Of a stretch of 64,000 nt of DNA, positions 28,078 through 36,942 are shown piece after piece. This DNA comes from Bdellovibrio sp. (lineage in GTDB: Bacteria; Bdellovibrionota; Bdellovibrionia; Bdellovibrionales; Bdellovibrionaceae): assembly GCA_036676395.1 (NCBI GenBank), contig JAKFCY010000002.1, positions 1,088,001 to 1,152,000 of the forward strand, written 5' to 3'. The notes under the pieces were generated by a model that was not told the DNA's origin, did no database searches, and was given only the letters and a program-made list of their open reading frames with translations. The translations under genes and the position numbers were made by a program. How positions within the stretch are numbered: position 1 is the first letter of the stretch; each line of letters begins with the position of its first letter.

Positions 28078-30063
28078 TTAATCATTACTCGGTGCTACTG
28101 TCGGAGTTGCGGCACCTCTTGCATTTGGATTTTTCTTTAACGCCTCTTTAATAATATCGGGATGATACTTTTTAAAATACGCTTCGATGATATCGCGTAC
28201 GATAGGTGCAGCTCCGGTATTACCATGGCAACTGTGCTGTGCAAGGACTGCGACAGTAATTTCAGGCTTCTCGGCCGGAGCCCAAGCTATGTACCAGCCA
28301 TGATGGCGCATTTGTATCGGACGTGCTTCACAAGATTGATAAATTTGATCTGCCGAAAAACTCATAACCTGTGCGGTTCCGGTTTTTCCGGCCATTTCAA
28401 CGCCTGGTACTTTCCAGTGTCTTGCTGTTCCGCCACCGCTATTGGCCACGCGGCGCATAGCTTCTTTAACAATTTTAAACGTTGCTCGGTCAATTTTGTA
28501 GCCATTTGGCTGTGGTAAAGTCACATCACGAATTTCTGCAGGAAAACGTTCAAATAAAATTTTACCTTCGTGATCACTGACCTTTTTGACAATAAAGGGT
28601 TTTACAACTTTTCCTTCGGTAGCGATGGTGTTGTAAGCTACAGCCATTTGTAAAGGCGTCGCTGTTACATAACCTTGGCCGATCGCCATAGTTAAATTTT
28701 CTCCGGGTTGCCAAGGTTCACCAAGGCGGGCTTTTTTCCATTCAGAGCTTGGAAGTCTTCCCGGGGCCTCGCGGTCCATCTCGATACCAGTGCGCTGGCC
28801 AAGGCCGGTCAGACTAATGTAGTTATACATTTTATCCACGCCTAGCGAGATCCCCATTTTATAGAAGAACACATTCGAACTTTTTTCTAAAGCCGTATAA
28901 ATATCAATATTTCCGAAACCGTTTTTATTGTGATCATGGAAGTTACGATTACCAAACCAAAGTTTTGGCGGCGCTGATATAATAGTTTTATCGGTAATCA
29001 CTTTTTCTTGCAGAGCTGCAAGAGCTACTAACGGTTTAAATGTTGAGCCAGGCCAAAAGTGATCTTGAATCACTTTATTTCTGAATGGTTTCATAGGGTC
29101 TGTGCTTAATTTGCGCATGAGTTTTGCTGGTACATCTGTTGTAAAAATATTCGGGTCAAAGCTTGGCGAGTTTAACCAGGCTAAAATTTCGCCGTTTGAT
29201 TTCATCGCTACGACCGCGCCGATACGGTTCATTTTAACCATTGAATCGTAAGCCGCTAATTGTATGTCACGATCAATCGTAAGCATCGCACTATGACCAT
29301 GCGTAGGTTCGATATCTTTAATTTGTTCACCGTAAATATTCGGAATTTCAGTCACTGTTTGGCGACCATGGGCATCTACCTGAACAAAACTTACACCATC
29401 TTCACCACGGATTTTTTTCTCTAAGTGCTCTTCAAGGCCAGATTTTCCGACGATGTCACCTTGTTCAAAGTGTAAATCAGGCGCATTTTTTCTATTTAAT
29501 TTTTCGATTTCTTTTTTCGAGATCTCGCCCACATAGCCGAATAGCTGTGCGCCGTCCTCACGAAGAGGGTAATATCTAATAATCGACTCCCGAATCTCTA
29601 AACCCGGAAAATCTAAGCGAATACGTTTTAAACGAAACACTTCTTCGCGCGATAAGTTGTCTTTTAGGCGAATTAACGAAAATGGCCCATTAATCTTTTT
29701 ACTACGAAGGATTTTATCGGTTAATTTAGCAGGCTCTAGGCCGATGATAGGCGCTACATTTTCTGATAATAATTTTAAGTCTTCGATATATTGAGGTGAA
29801 ATTATGGCTTCAAAGCCCGGTAAATTTTCAACTAAGGCTTTGCCATCGCGATCAACTATTAAACCACGGGGGGCGATGATTTTAGTTTGTTTAACACGAT
29901 TTTTTTCTGAGTACTGGCGTAACTCACGGCCATTGATGATCTGTAACCACATTAAGCGCGTGCAAAAGATAACTACGGTAATGGCGACAAAAATATAAAA
30001 CGGGCGGTAACGGTTTAAAAAATCGCGAGCCTCTTCGGGATTACTAATATACTGGGTTCTCAC
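28078..30063 (-). CDS. mrdA: Penicillin-binding protein 2
   Basis: APRGLIVDRDG, GSTFK (SxxK), SSN and KTGTAQ motifs; mre operon context. Confidence 0.95.
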   Translation of the reverse strand: MRTQYISNPEEARDFLNRYRPFYIFVAITVVIFCTRLMWLQIINGRELRQYSEKNRVKQTKIIAPRGLIVDRDGKALVENLPGFEAIISPQYIEDLKLLSENVAPIIGLEPAKLTDKILRSKKINGPFSLIRLKDNLSREEVFRLKRIRLDFPGLEIRESIIRYYPLREDGAQLFGYVGEISKKEIEKLNRKNAPDLHFEQGDIVGKSGLEEHLEKKIRGEDGVSFVQVDAHGRQTVTEIPNIYGEQIKDIEPTHGHSAMLTIDRDIQLAAYDSMVKMNRIGAVVAMKSNGEILAWLNSPSFDPNIFTTDVPAKLMRKLSTDPMKPFRNKVIQDHFWPGSTFKPLVALAALQEKVITDKTIISAPPKLWFGNRNFHDHNKNGFGNIDIYTALEKSSNVFFYKMGISLGVDKMYNYISLTGLGQRTGIEMDREAPGRLPSSEWKKARLGEPWQPGENLTMAIGQGYVTATPLQMAVAYNTIATEGKVVKPFIVKKVSDHEGKILFERFPAEIRDVTLPQPNGYKIDRATFKIVKEAMRRVANSGGGTARHWKVPGVEMAGKTGTAQVMSFSADQIYQSCEARPIQMRHHGWYIAWAPAEKPEITVAVLAQHSCHGNTGAAPIVRDIIEAYFKKYHPDIIKEALKKNPNARGAATPTVAPSND

Positions 30064-30617
30064 GATTCCACCTCAGACGCATGATCAGTGCTGGTCGGTC
30101 CCCAATTTTGATTTGCTTGAAAACGATTATCTATAAATTCTAAGAATTTATAGACCGGAATACTAAACAAGAAATTACAGCCCATTTCTAACAGGCGGTG
30201 TAAAAAGAAAACCGGGGTAGGATTGGGCTCTAACCAGCGTGAGATCGTAATGTACGCAATAGCATAAAATAACGATGCGCTTGTAGTTAAGATCGAAAAA
30301 TAAAATAATGATGTCGAATGAATACGGTTTTTGAAAAACCAAACAAACAACAATAAAGCCACTAAGCTAGTCCATGCCATTTTCAGCGGAATATAAGAAT
30401 AACGGGTCATCACTAATCCCAAGAAATAGATAAAAAAGACGGCGCGAATCGAAGGCCATTTTAAGGCCACAAACACGATCATAATTAGCCATAATTGCGG
30501 GGCCGGAAAGGATCCCAGAACAAAAGGCCAAAAACTGGTTTGAAACGCGCAAAACGCGTAAAACACTAAAGTGAAAACTAAAAGTTTTAAAATAAGTAAA
30601 ATCGAGCTTCTAGACAT
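30060..30617 (-). CDS. mreD: Rod shape-determining protein MreD-like membrane protein
   Basis: Multi-TM 185-aa protein between mreC and mrdA; call rests mainly on position. Confidence 0.7.
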   Translation of the reverse strand: MSRSSILLILKLLVFTLVFYAFCAFQTSFWPFVLGSFPAPQLWLIMIVFVALKWPSIRAVFFIYFLGLVMTRYSYIPLKMAWTSLVALLLFVWFFKNRIHSTSLFYFSILTTSASLFYAIAYITISRWLEPNPTPVFFLHRLLEMGCNFLFSIPVYKFLEFIDNRFQANQNWGPTSTDHASEVES

Positions 30618-30620
30618 TGT

Positions 30621-31505
30621 TTAGTTGTTGCCTTCAGGTTTTGTAGGCGTTTCAACTGCAGCCGTCGTCGTTTCAGGAAAAAAATCTTCATGAGCCGCAT
30701 CGATCACAACAAAAACTTCTTCAATCTTATTTGATTCAATAACTGGTTTTACATTCACGATTAAAGTGGCGCTTTTTGTTTTGCGCTCAACATCTGTGAC
30801 AACCGCTAGCGGAAAGCCCTTCGGAAAGATATTATCTAAGCCGCCAGTGACGATGATATCACCAGATTTTACATCTTCGGTGCGATCGATGTACTGCAAA
30901 ATGCCGCCATCTTTACTGGTGCCTTCGATAATACCGCGAGCCCGAGTTTTCTGTATCATAGCATCAAATACCGAATAACGGTCGGTGATCAGCATCACAT
31001 GAGACGTGTGTTCTGAAGGGCGAAACACATAGCCCACAGCCCCAGAAACAGTGATGACGGCCTGTAGGTGTTTAAGCCCGTGCTTTTTGCCTTTATTAAT
31101 TGTGATCGTCTTATGATCTGGCAGCATATCGCGGCCGATCACTTGCGCCGGTAGAAGCTCCATCTTAGTGTTTTTTTGAAAGTCTAAAATGTTTTTTAAT
31201 CGGGCAATTTCAATCTGACTTTCATCAAAAAGCTTAAGGCGAGTTTTGATTTCAGCTAATTCGCTCTGTAAGCGGGCATTATCTTTTTTGATATTCAGTA
31301 AATTGACATATTCAGAAGCTGTTCCACGAACACCTAAGCTTAATCCAGAGAATAAAGACTGAAAACCATCAGACAAAAAGCTTAAGGGCTGGGCAAACCA
31401 GCTTTCCTGAGTTTTTTTCTGCTCCATGTTAATTGAAATCAACGGCAGTAAGGCCATCAGTACAATGAGAATCGCTTTTTTGAAATTTATATTTAGAAAA
31501 TTCAC
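30621..31505 (-). CDS. mreC: Rod shape-determining protein MreC
   Basis: TM plus coiled coil, AQVIGRD, TINKG, GDIIVTGGLDNIFPKG. Start set to GTG 31505, which has a GGAGA RBS. Confidence 0.9.
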   Translation of the reverse strand: MNFLNINFKKAILIVLMALLPLISINMEQKKTQESWFAQPLSFLSDGFQSLFSGLSLGVRGTASEYVNLLNIKKDNARLQSELAEIKTRLKLFDESQIEIARLKNILDFQKNTKMELLPAQVIGRDMLPDHKTITINKGKKHGLKHLQAVITVSGAVGYVFRPSEHTSHVMLITDRYSVFDAMIQKTRARGIIEGTSKDGGILQYIDRTEDVKSGDIIVTGGLDNIFPKGFPLAVVTDVERKTKSATLIVNVKPVIESNKIEEVFVVIDAAHEDFFPETTTAAVETPTKPEGNN

Positions 31506-31628
31506 AGTAGAAAATTTCTCCTGAACTAACGGTAACAAATTACTTGCAGATTTCAACACTAAGTTTAATGATATTCGTCTGCGACGATGAAATATTTTTC
31601 GCAGACATTTTTTAAGGAGCGCAACTAC

Positions 31629-33161
31629 ATGTCGAAACCTACGTTTATTAAACAAGTTAAAACTGCATTATCTGGCGGTAAAGCCATCAATGGTAAAGGT
31701 ATTGTTGCTATGGTCATTTTCGGAATGATCATTTTAACTTTCGTTCTTTCAGATTACTCAACTCGTGGTACTGGCGGCTTAGGCATCGGTGCTGCAGCTG
31801 AAGTGAATGGCGAAATTATCACTCTTAAAGAATTTCAAGAGCAAGAAAGCCGTATTGCTAACTATTATGCCCAGTTTTTCGGTGGCAAAATCGACAATGA
31901 ATTTCAAATAAAGCAAATTCGCTCTGAAGCCATCAACGAATTAGTAAATAACTCGCTAGCGGCGCAAGCAGCAGAAGGTCAAAAAATCTTCGCTACTGAT
32001 GCAGAGCTTAAAAAAATCATCATGGAAGACCTGCCATACTTCAAAAAAGACGGCGTTTTTCAGTCTGATCTTTACAAAGGTTTGTTAACTCAAAACAAAC
32101 TAACTCCTAGTGAATTCGAAAAGAGCTTACGCGCCCAAGCTAAAACTCAGCGTATTCGCCAGTTGTTTGAATTGGGTTTATCCTCTAACCGTTTAGAAAA
32201 AGACTTAGAAAGCGAACTTAAATCTAAAAAAATCAATGTAGCGTTTGTTAAATTAAACGCTGAAGAACTTAAAAAATCAAATTTAGTGTCAGCTGCCGAA
32301 GTTAGCAAAAAATTAGCTGACCCTGATTTTGCTAAAAAAGTTCAAGACTATTACACCAACACTAAGGGTGAATTTGAAACACCTGAACAAGTTAAGGCGT
32401 CTCACATCTTAATCCGTACAACAGAAGGCAATGCCGATTCTGATGCTTTAGCAAAAGCTAAAATGGAAAACATCGTCAAACGTTTAGCTAAAGAAGACTT
32501 TGCTAAAGTTGCCGGTCAGGTTTCTGAAGATCCGGGTTCTAAAGCTAAAAACGGTGATTTGGGTTACTTCTCAAAAGGCCGTATGGTTAAAGAATTTGAA
32601 GACGTGGCGTTTGTAACTCCAGTGGGTAAAGTATCTGAAGTGATCAAAACTCCGTTTGGTTACCATATCCTAAAAGTAATGGATAAAAAACCTGCGCAAA
32701 CGACTTCTTTTGAAGCTGCTAAAACTGGTATTGCTTCTAAATTATTAGCTGACGAAAAAAACACTGAAATCTCTAAACAATTAGAAGAGCTAGTTGTTAA
32801 AGGTGATGTGGCTGCGGTTAATGAATTCGTAGCTAAACATGGTCTTAAATGGACTGAGTCTGGTTACTTTGATTTAACTTCTGAAAACTTACCTGGATCA
32901 ACTTCGGCTGAGTTATTTAAAGCCAGCCTTGAATTAAGTAAGGCTAATCCTGTAAGCAAAGCTTTAATCCGCGAAGGTGATGCTCAGTTTTTATTAAAAC
33001 TGGTTGATGCTAAGACTATGGCTACTGATGTTGTCGTTAAAGATGCGGCTGCAGAGACGGCAGAGAAGCAAAAATCACTTGGTGGTTACGCTAAATGGGT
33101 TTCTGAATTACGTAAATCTTCGAAAGTGACTACGAACCAAGCTATTATGGAAATGCAGTAG
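31629..33161 (+). CDS. ppiD: PpiD-like periplasmic chaperone / parvulin peptidyl-prolyl isomerase
   Basis: TM anchor, AAEVNGEII SurA-N region, ASHILI, SEDPGS..GDLG, TPFGYHI; AAGGAG RBS before ATG 31629. Confidence 0.8.
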   Translation: MSKPTFIKQVKTALSGGKAINGKGIVAMVIFGMIILTFVLSDYSTRGTGGLGIGAAAEVNGEIITLKEFQEQESRIANYYAQFFGGKIDNEFQIKQIRSEAINELVNNSLAAQAAEGQKIFATDAELKKIIMEDLPYFKKDGVFQSDLYKGLLTQNKLTPSEFEKSLRAQAKTQRIRQLFELGLSSNRLEKDLESELKSKKINVAFVKLNAEELKKSNLVSAAEVSKKLADPDFAKKVQDYYTNTKGEFETPEQVKASHILIRTTEGNADSDALAKAKMENIVKRLAKEDFAKVAGQVSEDPGSKAKNGDLGYFSKGRMVKEFEDVAFVTPVGKVSEVIKTPFGYHILKVMDKKPAQTTSFEAAKTGIASKLLADEKNTEISKQLEELVVKGDVAAVNEFVAKHGLKWTESGYFDLTSENLPGSTSAELFKASLELSKANPVSKALIREGDAQFLLKLVDAKTMATDVVVKDAAAETAEKQKSLGGYAKWVSELRKSSKVTTNQAIMEMQ

Positions 33162-33162
33162 T

Positions 33163-33597
33163 TTATTTAAATAAATGTTCTGGCTCGAAAGCAAACGGGA
33201 AAAGCTCTGAAAATTTGAGAGCTTTTTCTTTTTGTGAGGTGTTTGTTAAGATCACCGTCGTATCTGCTTTGGCGAACTCAGCTAATACTTGTCTGCAAAA
33301 TCCGCAGGGTGGCCATGGGCTTTCTTCAGCGCTCGCTACAGCTACGTGAGTGATGTGAATTGGCTTTTTGTTCTCGCTATAGGCTTTCCAGATTGCCACG
33401 CGTTCTGCGCACACTGTGCCGCCGTAGCTTGCGTTCTCGATATTGCAACCAGAGTAAATCTTGCCGTTACTTAATCTGATCGCTGAACCGATCTTTTTTG
33501 TTGAATACGGAGAGTGTGAAAACTCCATGGCTTTGATCGCTAAATCTTTTAGCTCTGTTTGTAATTCTTTTTCTTTACTGATTGGTGAAGAGCTCAT
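33163..33597 (-). CDS. cdd: Cytidine deaminase
   Basis: SPYS, GCNIENASY, CAER, PCGFCRQ. Confidence 0.95.
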   Translation of the reverse strand: MSSSPISKEKELQTELKDLAIKAMEFSHSPYSTKKIGSAIRLSNGKIYSGCNIENASYGGTVCAERVAIWKAYSENKKPIHITHVAVASAEESPWPPCGFCRQVLAEFAKADTTVILTNTSQKEKALKFSELFPFAFEPEHLFK

Positions 33598-34174
33598 AGC
33601 CGATCTCCTTAAGTTTTTGGCTGATCCACATCATGGGTAAGCCTTGGATTGCTGAAAAATCATCTGTTTCTATTTTTTCGAATAAACATATGCCACTGCG
33701 TTCGATTTTATAACTGCCGGCACAGTCTAATGGCAAATCCATACGCAGGTAATTTTCGATTTCTTGGGGAGTTAACTTTTTCATTTTCATTTTTGAAATA
33801 TGATTTAGCGTCCACTTTTGGTCTTCGTGTAAAATGGCAATTGCAGTAATTAAATTGTGTGTGCGTCCTGACATGGCTTGCAGTTGTTCTTTGGCTTTAT
33901 CGAAGGTTTTACTTTTACCGATGATATGGCCGTCAAAATCCACTAACTGATCACCGCCGATAACTACGGCCTGTTTGAATTCTTTATTGAGTGAGGCGGC
34001 TTTGGCTAAGGCTAAGCCTTCAGCGACTTCAAGAGGGGTTTTGTTTTGCGTGAGCAGAGCTTTTTTTAGACTGTCTTCATCACAACTTGGTTTCATGGTT
34101 TCAAATGGGATACCCAGTTTTAACATTAATTCTTTTCGATAAACCGAGGTGCTGCCAAGAATAAGTTTTTTCAT
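33575..34174 (-). CDS. maf: Maf-family nucleotide pyrophosphatase
   Basis: LILGSTSVYR, GGDQ, DCAGSYKIE, IQGLP. Confidence 0.9.
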   Translation of the reverse strand: MKKLILGSTSVYRKELMLKLGIPFETMKPSCDEDSLKKALLTQNKTPLEVAEGLALAKAASLNKEFKQAVVIGGDQLVDFDGHIIGKSKTFDKAKEQLQAMSGRTHNLITAIAILHEDQKWTLNHISKMKMKKLTPQEIENYLRMDLPLDCAGSYKIERSGICLFEKIETDDFSAIQGLPMMWISQKLKEIGYELFTNQ

Positions 34175-35910
34175 GTTTTTGAAGCCTTAATGCGGTGGTA
34201 AATGTCGATCAGCTTATTGATGTTAAATTCCGCTTTATATTTTAACAGAGCTAATTCGAAATCCATATTCGAGAAAATATATTTTACTTTGCGAGTTTGT
34301 AGCCTAGATACCTGAATGTTATCTAAAAATGATCCAGAACGAATATATAAAATAAATTTTTCATTTTCAGGTAAATATAAATTCACATCAAACGGCAATT
34401 CTTTATTTGGCTGTAAGAACTCAATCGGTAGTTCTAACATGTCATGCGCGGGGTGAACTGAATTAATCACTTCAAACGGACTAAATGAGAAAAAACCAAT
34501 CATGGTTTTTTTGCCTTCGTAGTCAACGCCTTTGAAAAATTCTGATTTATAGCTGCAGAAATTAGCGAAATCCACTTTCGGCACATGAATTTCAAATAAG
34601 ACAGCATCCGGTAATTCGTTATGATCGGGATCTTGTTGGTCAATTTGTTCAACGCGAATCATTTGTTTGATCCAGTTATTCAGAATAACTTGCGCAGAAG
34701 CGACATCCAGATAATTTTCTGAAGCCACTGTCAGATAGCCTGTCCACTCTAATTCTTGCACGACAAGCACATACATTTGCGTGGTTTTTGTTAAATCAAC
34801 TTGATCAGTTTTTTGATCAGAATAATTTTCAATCACATCAAGTATTTCAGGTTTAACCGTGTCGTTGAAGGATTGATCTAAAAACATGATTTGGCCCGAG
34901 CTTAAGCTTTTGCTTTCACGGGATAAAAGGTTAGACATTGGCTCAGCGCCTGAAGATAAATCAATGCCTTCGCCGATACTTAATTTAGGTGCGCCATTAC
35001 CTATGTCGGTTTCAGTGGTGGCCAGTGCTTTAGCTAATTCAGCTTCCATTAAAGCGATCAGGTTGCCTGCAGTTTGTTTTTGATCAATTTCAGAAAGTTC
35101 ACTCATGTTGCCGATTTCTTCTTCGATCGCTCTAAGTAATTTTCCTGAAGCCCCATCATTGCCAAAATCATTTTGAAGGGCTCTCATTAATTTGGCCTTG
35201 GTCGCTTCTTTTTGAGCGGCAGATAAAACGCCAAGCTTGCCAATTTGTTCTTCAATGGCGTGCTTCATCTTGGCTCTGATGCCTTCTTGCACAGCAAAAG
35301 GCATAGTTTGGGCAGTTCTTTTTCTTTGTTTGGGCATGAACATGTTTAATTTGCTACGACTGCGGTTCGTAACCGTTTTACGTTCGTTATCTGCATGAGT
35401 ATTGGATTTTTTAAGATTGATTTCGGGGCCGTCATCATTGTCTTGTGTAAAAAAAGATTTAACCTTGATCATGTCAGATTCTTTTTTTGCATTGGCTGCT
35501 TTTGTTGTATTTATTTGATCAAAGATTTGATTTTTCTTTTCGTATTTTGAAATCACCCGAATAATGCCAGGGCCTGATAGTGGCGGGTACAATTTATTTT
35601 CAAAACCGCTGGATTCAATTTGAATAATTTGATCACGTTGAGTCGACATAATAAACGGCACCACAGAACCCGTACATGACTGGTAAATTGTCTTTGGCAT
35701 CATACGAATATTTTCGTTTTTATGATCCCAGGCTAAGAAAATGTATTCTGGATTTTCTTCTAAAATGCGATCTATGGCGGCTTTGACATCGGTTTCGACA
35801 ACCACGGTGTATCCGCGTTTTTTTAAGAATTTTTCTACCGGTGTAAACTGGTGGCTTATATTCTTCACAAAAAACAATGTGGCTGGTTTAGTGTCGTTTT
35901 TTTCGTTCAT
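34171..35910 (-). CDS. Hypothetical protein with degenerate N-terminal receiver-like domain
   Basis: FLKKRGYTV...AIDRILEENPEYIFLAW resembles a REC fold lacking the phospho-Asp; preceded by TTGAAT-N17-TATAAT. Confidence 0.65.
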   Translation of the reverse strand: MNEKNDTKPATLFFVKNISHQFTPVEKFLKKRGYTVVVETDVKAAIDRILEENPEYIFLAWDHKNENIRMMPKTIYQSCTGSVVPFIMSTQRDQIIQIESSGFENKLYPPLSGPGIIRVISKYEKKNQIFDQINTTKAANAKKESDMIKVKSFFTQDNDDGPEINLKKSNTHADNERKTVTNRSRSKLNMFMPKQRKRTAQTMPFAVQEGIRAKMKHAIEEQIGKLGVLSAAQKEATKAKLMRALQNDFGNDGASGKLLRAIEEEIGNMSELSEIDQKQTAGNLIALMEAELAKALATTETDIGNGAPKLSIGEGIDLSSGAEPMSNLLSRESKSLSSGQIMFLDQSFNDTVKPEILDVIENYSDQKTDQVDLTKTTQMYVLVVQELEWTGYLTVASENYLDVASAQVILNNWIKQMIRVEQIDQQDPDHNELPDAVLFEIHVPKVDFANFCSYKSEFFKGVDYEGKKTMIGFFSFSPFEVINSVHPAHDMLELPIEFLQPNKELPFDVNLYLPENEKFILYIRSGSFLDNIQVSRLQTRKVKYIFSNMDFELALLKYKAEFNINKLIDIYHRIKASKT

Positions 35911-36040
35911 CTATGTAAAATTATAAGCTTTTCTAGAGTGTGATTCAAACACGCCCCGACCTTGGGCTTAGGCGCTAAATTTACCCCAGGGTAATCTTCG
36001 CTTGAAAAGGCTAGCCAGTTCGACTAGATTGCAGCTCAAG

Positions 36041-36925
36041 ATGATCAGCGACATTAAATCAGACATTATGATTCAGAAACTGCAAGACCTTCAATCTTTG
36101 GATTGGGTCGGTATGCAGCGTATTCAGTCATCGATTCGTCACCACGAAAATCTGATTCCCTGTGATTTGTCATTAGGAGTAAATCTTAAAGAGGGTCACC
36201 GCGGAATTCACATGTCGCGTTTGTATTCTTTAATGATGGATCATCTTTTACAGCAAGAACTAACAACTCAAGGTTTAGATCTGCTTTTGCAAAAAGCCAT
36301 CACTTCACAAGAAGGTTTATCAACACACGCAAGCTTAACTTTGACATATAAACTTCCGGTAAAAACCCAAGCTTTGAAAAGTGGTAAAGAGGGTTTTCGC
36401 AATTACGATGTTTCAGTTTCTGCTTTAAAAACTGAAGGTACGGGTTTGAAAATCTGGCTTAAATTCGCGGTTATTTATTCAAGCACTTGCCCGCAATCAG
36501 CGGCTTTATCAGTTGAAACCTTCAATGCGCAACCTGTGCAAAAAGCTATGCTTGATCGCTTACCGGCTACGCCGCACGCGCAACGAAGTGTGATGGATTG
36601 TGAATTATTGCTTCAAGATAAAGATCATTTTGACGTGAATGATTTAATGAAGTCTTTTATTCAAATTATTGAAAACACTTTAAAAACTCCGGTACAAACC
36701 GCAGTTAAAAAAGCTGACGAGATGGCCTTTGCAATTTTGAATTCTGAGAACTTAATGTTCTGTGAAGACGCTGTCAGAAGAGTCGATCTTGAGTTAAAAG
36801 CTCGTATCCAGCACAAGCCTGTAGAATTATTAGGCTACCGCATTAAGACCCGCCACGAAGAAAGCTTGCATCCTCATGATGCTGTCAGTCAGAAGAGCTT
36901 CAACTTCGTGATTTTTCCGAACTAG
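36041..36925 (+). CDS. folE2: GTP cyclohydrolase type IB (FolE2)
   Basis: LDWVGM, RGIHMSRLY, YSSTCP, ATPHAQRS, NLMFCEDA, HEESLHPHDA. Start could also be 36068. Confidence 0.9.
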   Translation: MISDIKSDIMIQKLQDLQSLDWVGMQRIQSSIRHHENLIPCDLSLGVNLKEGHRGIHMSRLYSLMMDHLLQQELTTQGLDLLLQKAITSQEGLSTHASLTLTYKLPVKTQALKSGKEGFRNYDVSVSALKTEGTGLKIWLKFAVIYSSTCPQSAALSVETFNAQPVQKAMLDRLPATPHAQRSVMDCELLLQDKDHFDVNDLMKSFIQIIENTLKTPVQTAVKKADEMAFAILNSENLMFCEDAVRRVDLELKARIQHKPVELLGYRIKTRHEESLHPHDAVSQKSFNFVIFPN

Positions 36926-36942
36926 ATTGTAAACATAAGTCT

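Noticed and set aside
31506..31655. Overlapping divergent N-termini of mreC and ppiD in the ORF track
   Set aside because: Artefact of longest-ORF calling; RBS-supported starts at 31505 and 31629 remove the overlap.
35941..36000. Riboswitch upstream of folE2
   Set aside because: Only short hairpins, located upstream of the predicted folE2 promoter (TTGAAA-N17-TAGATT, 36002-36030), so unlikely to be in its transcript.
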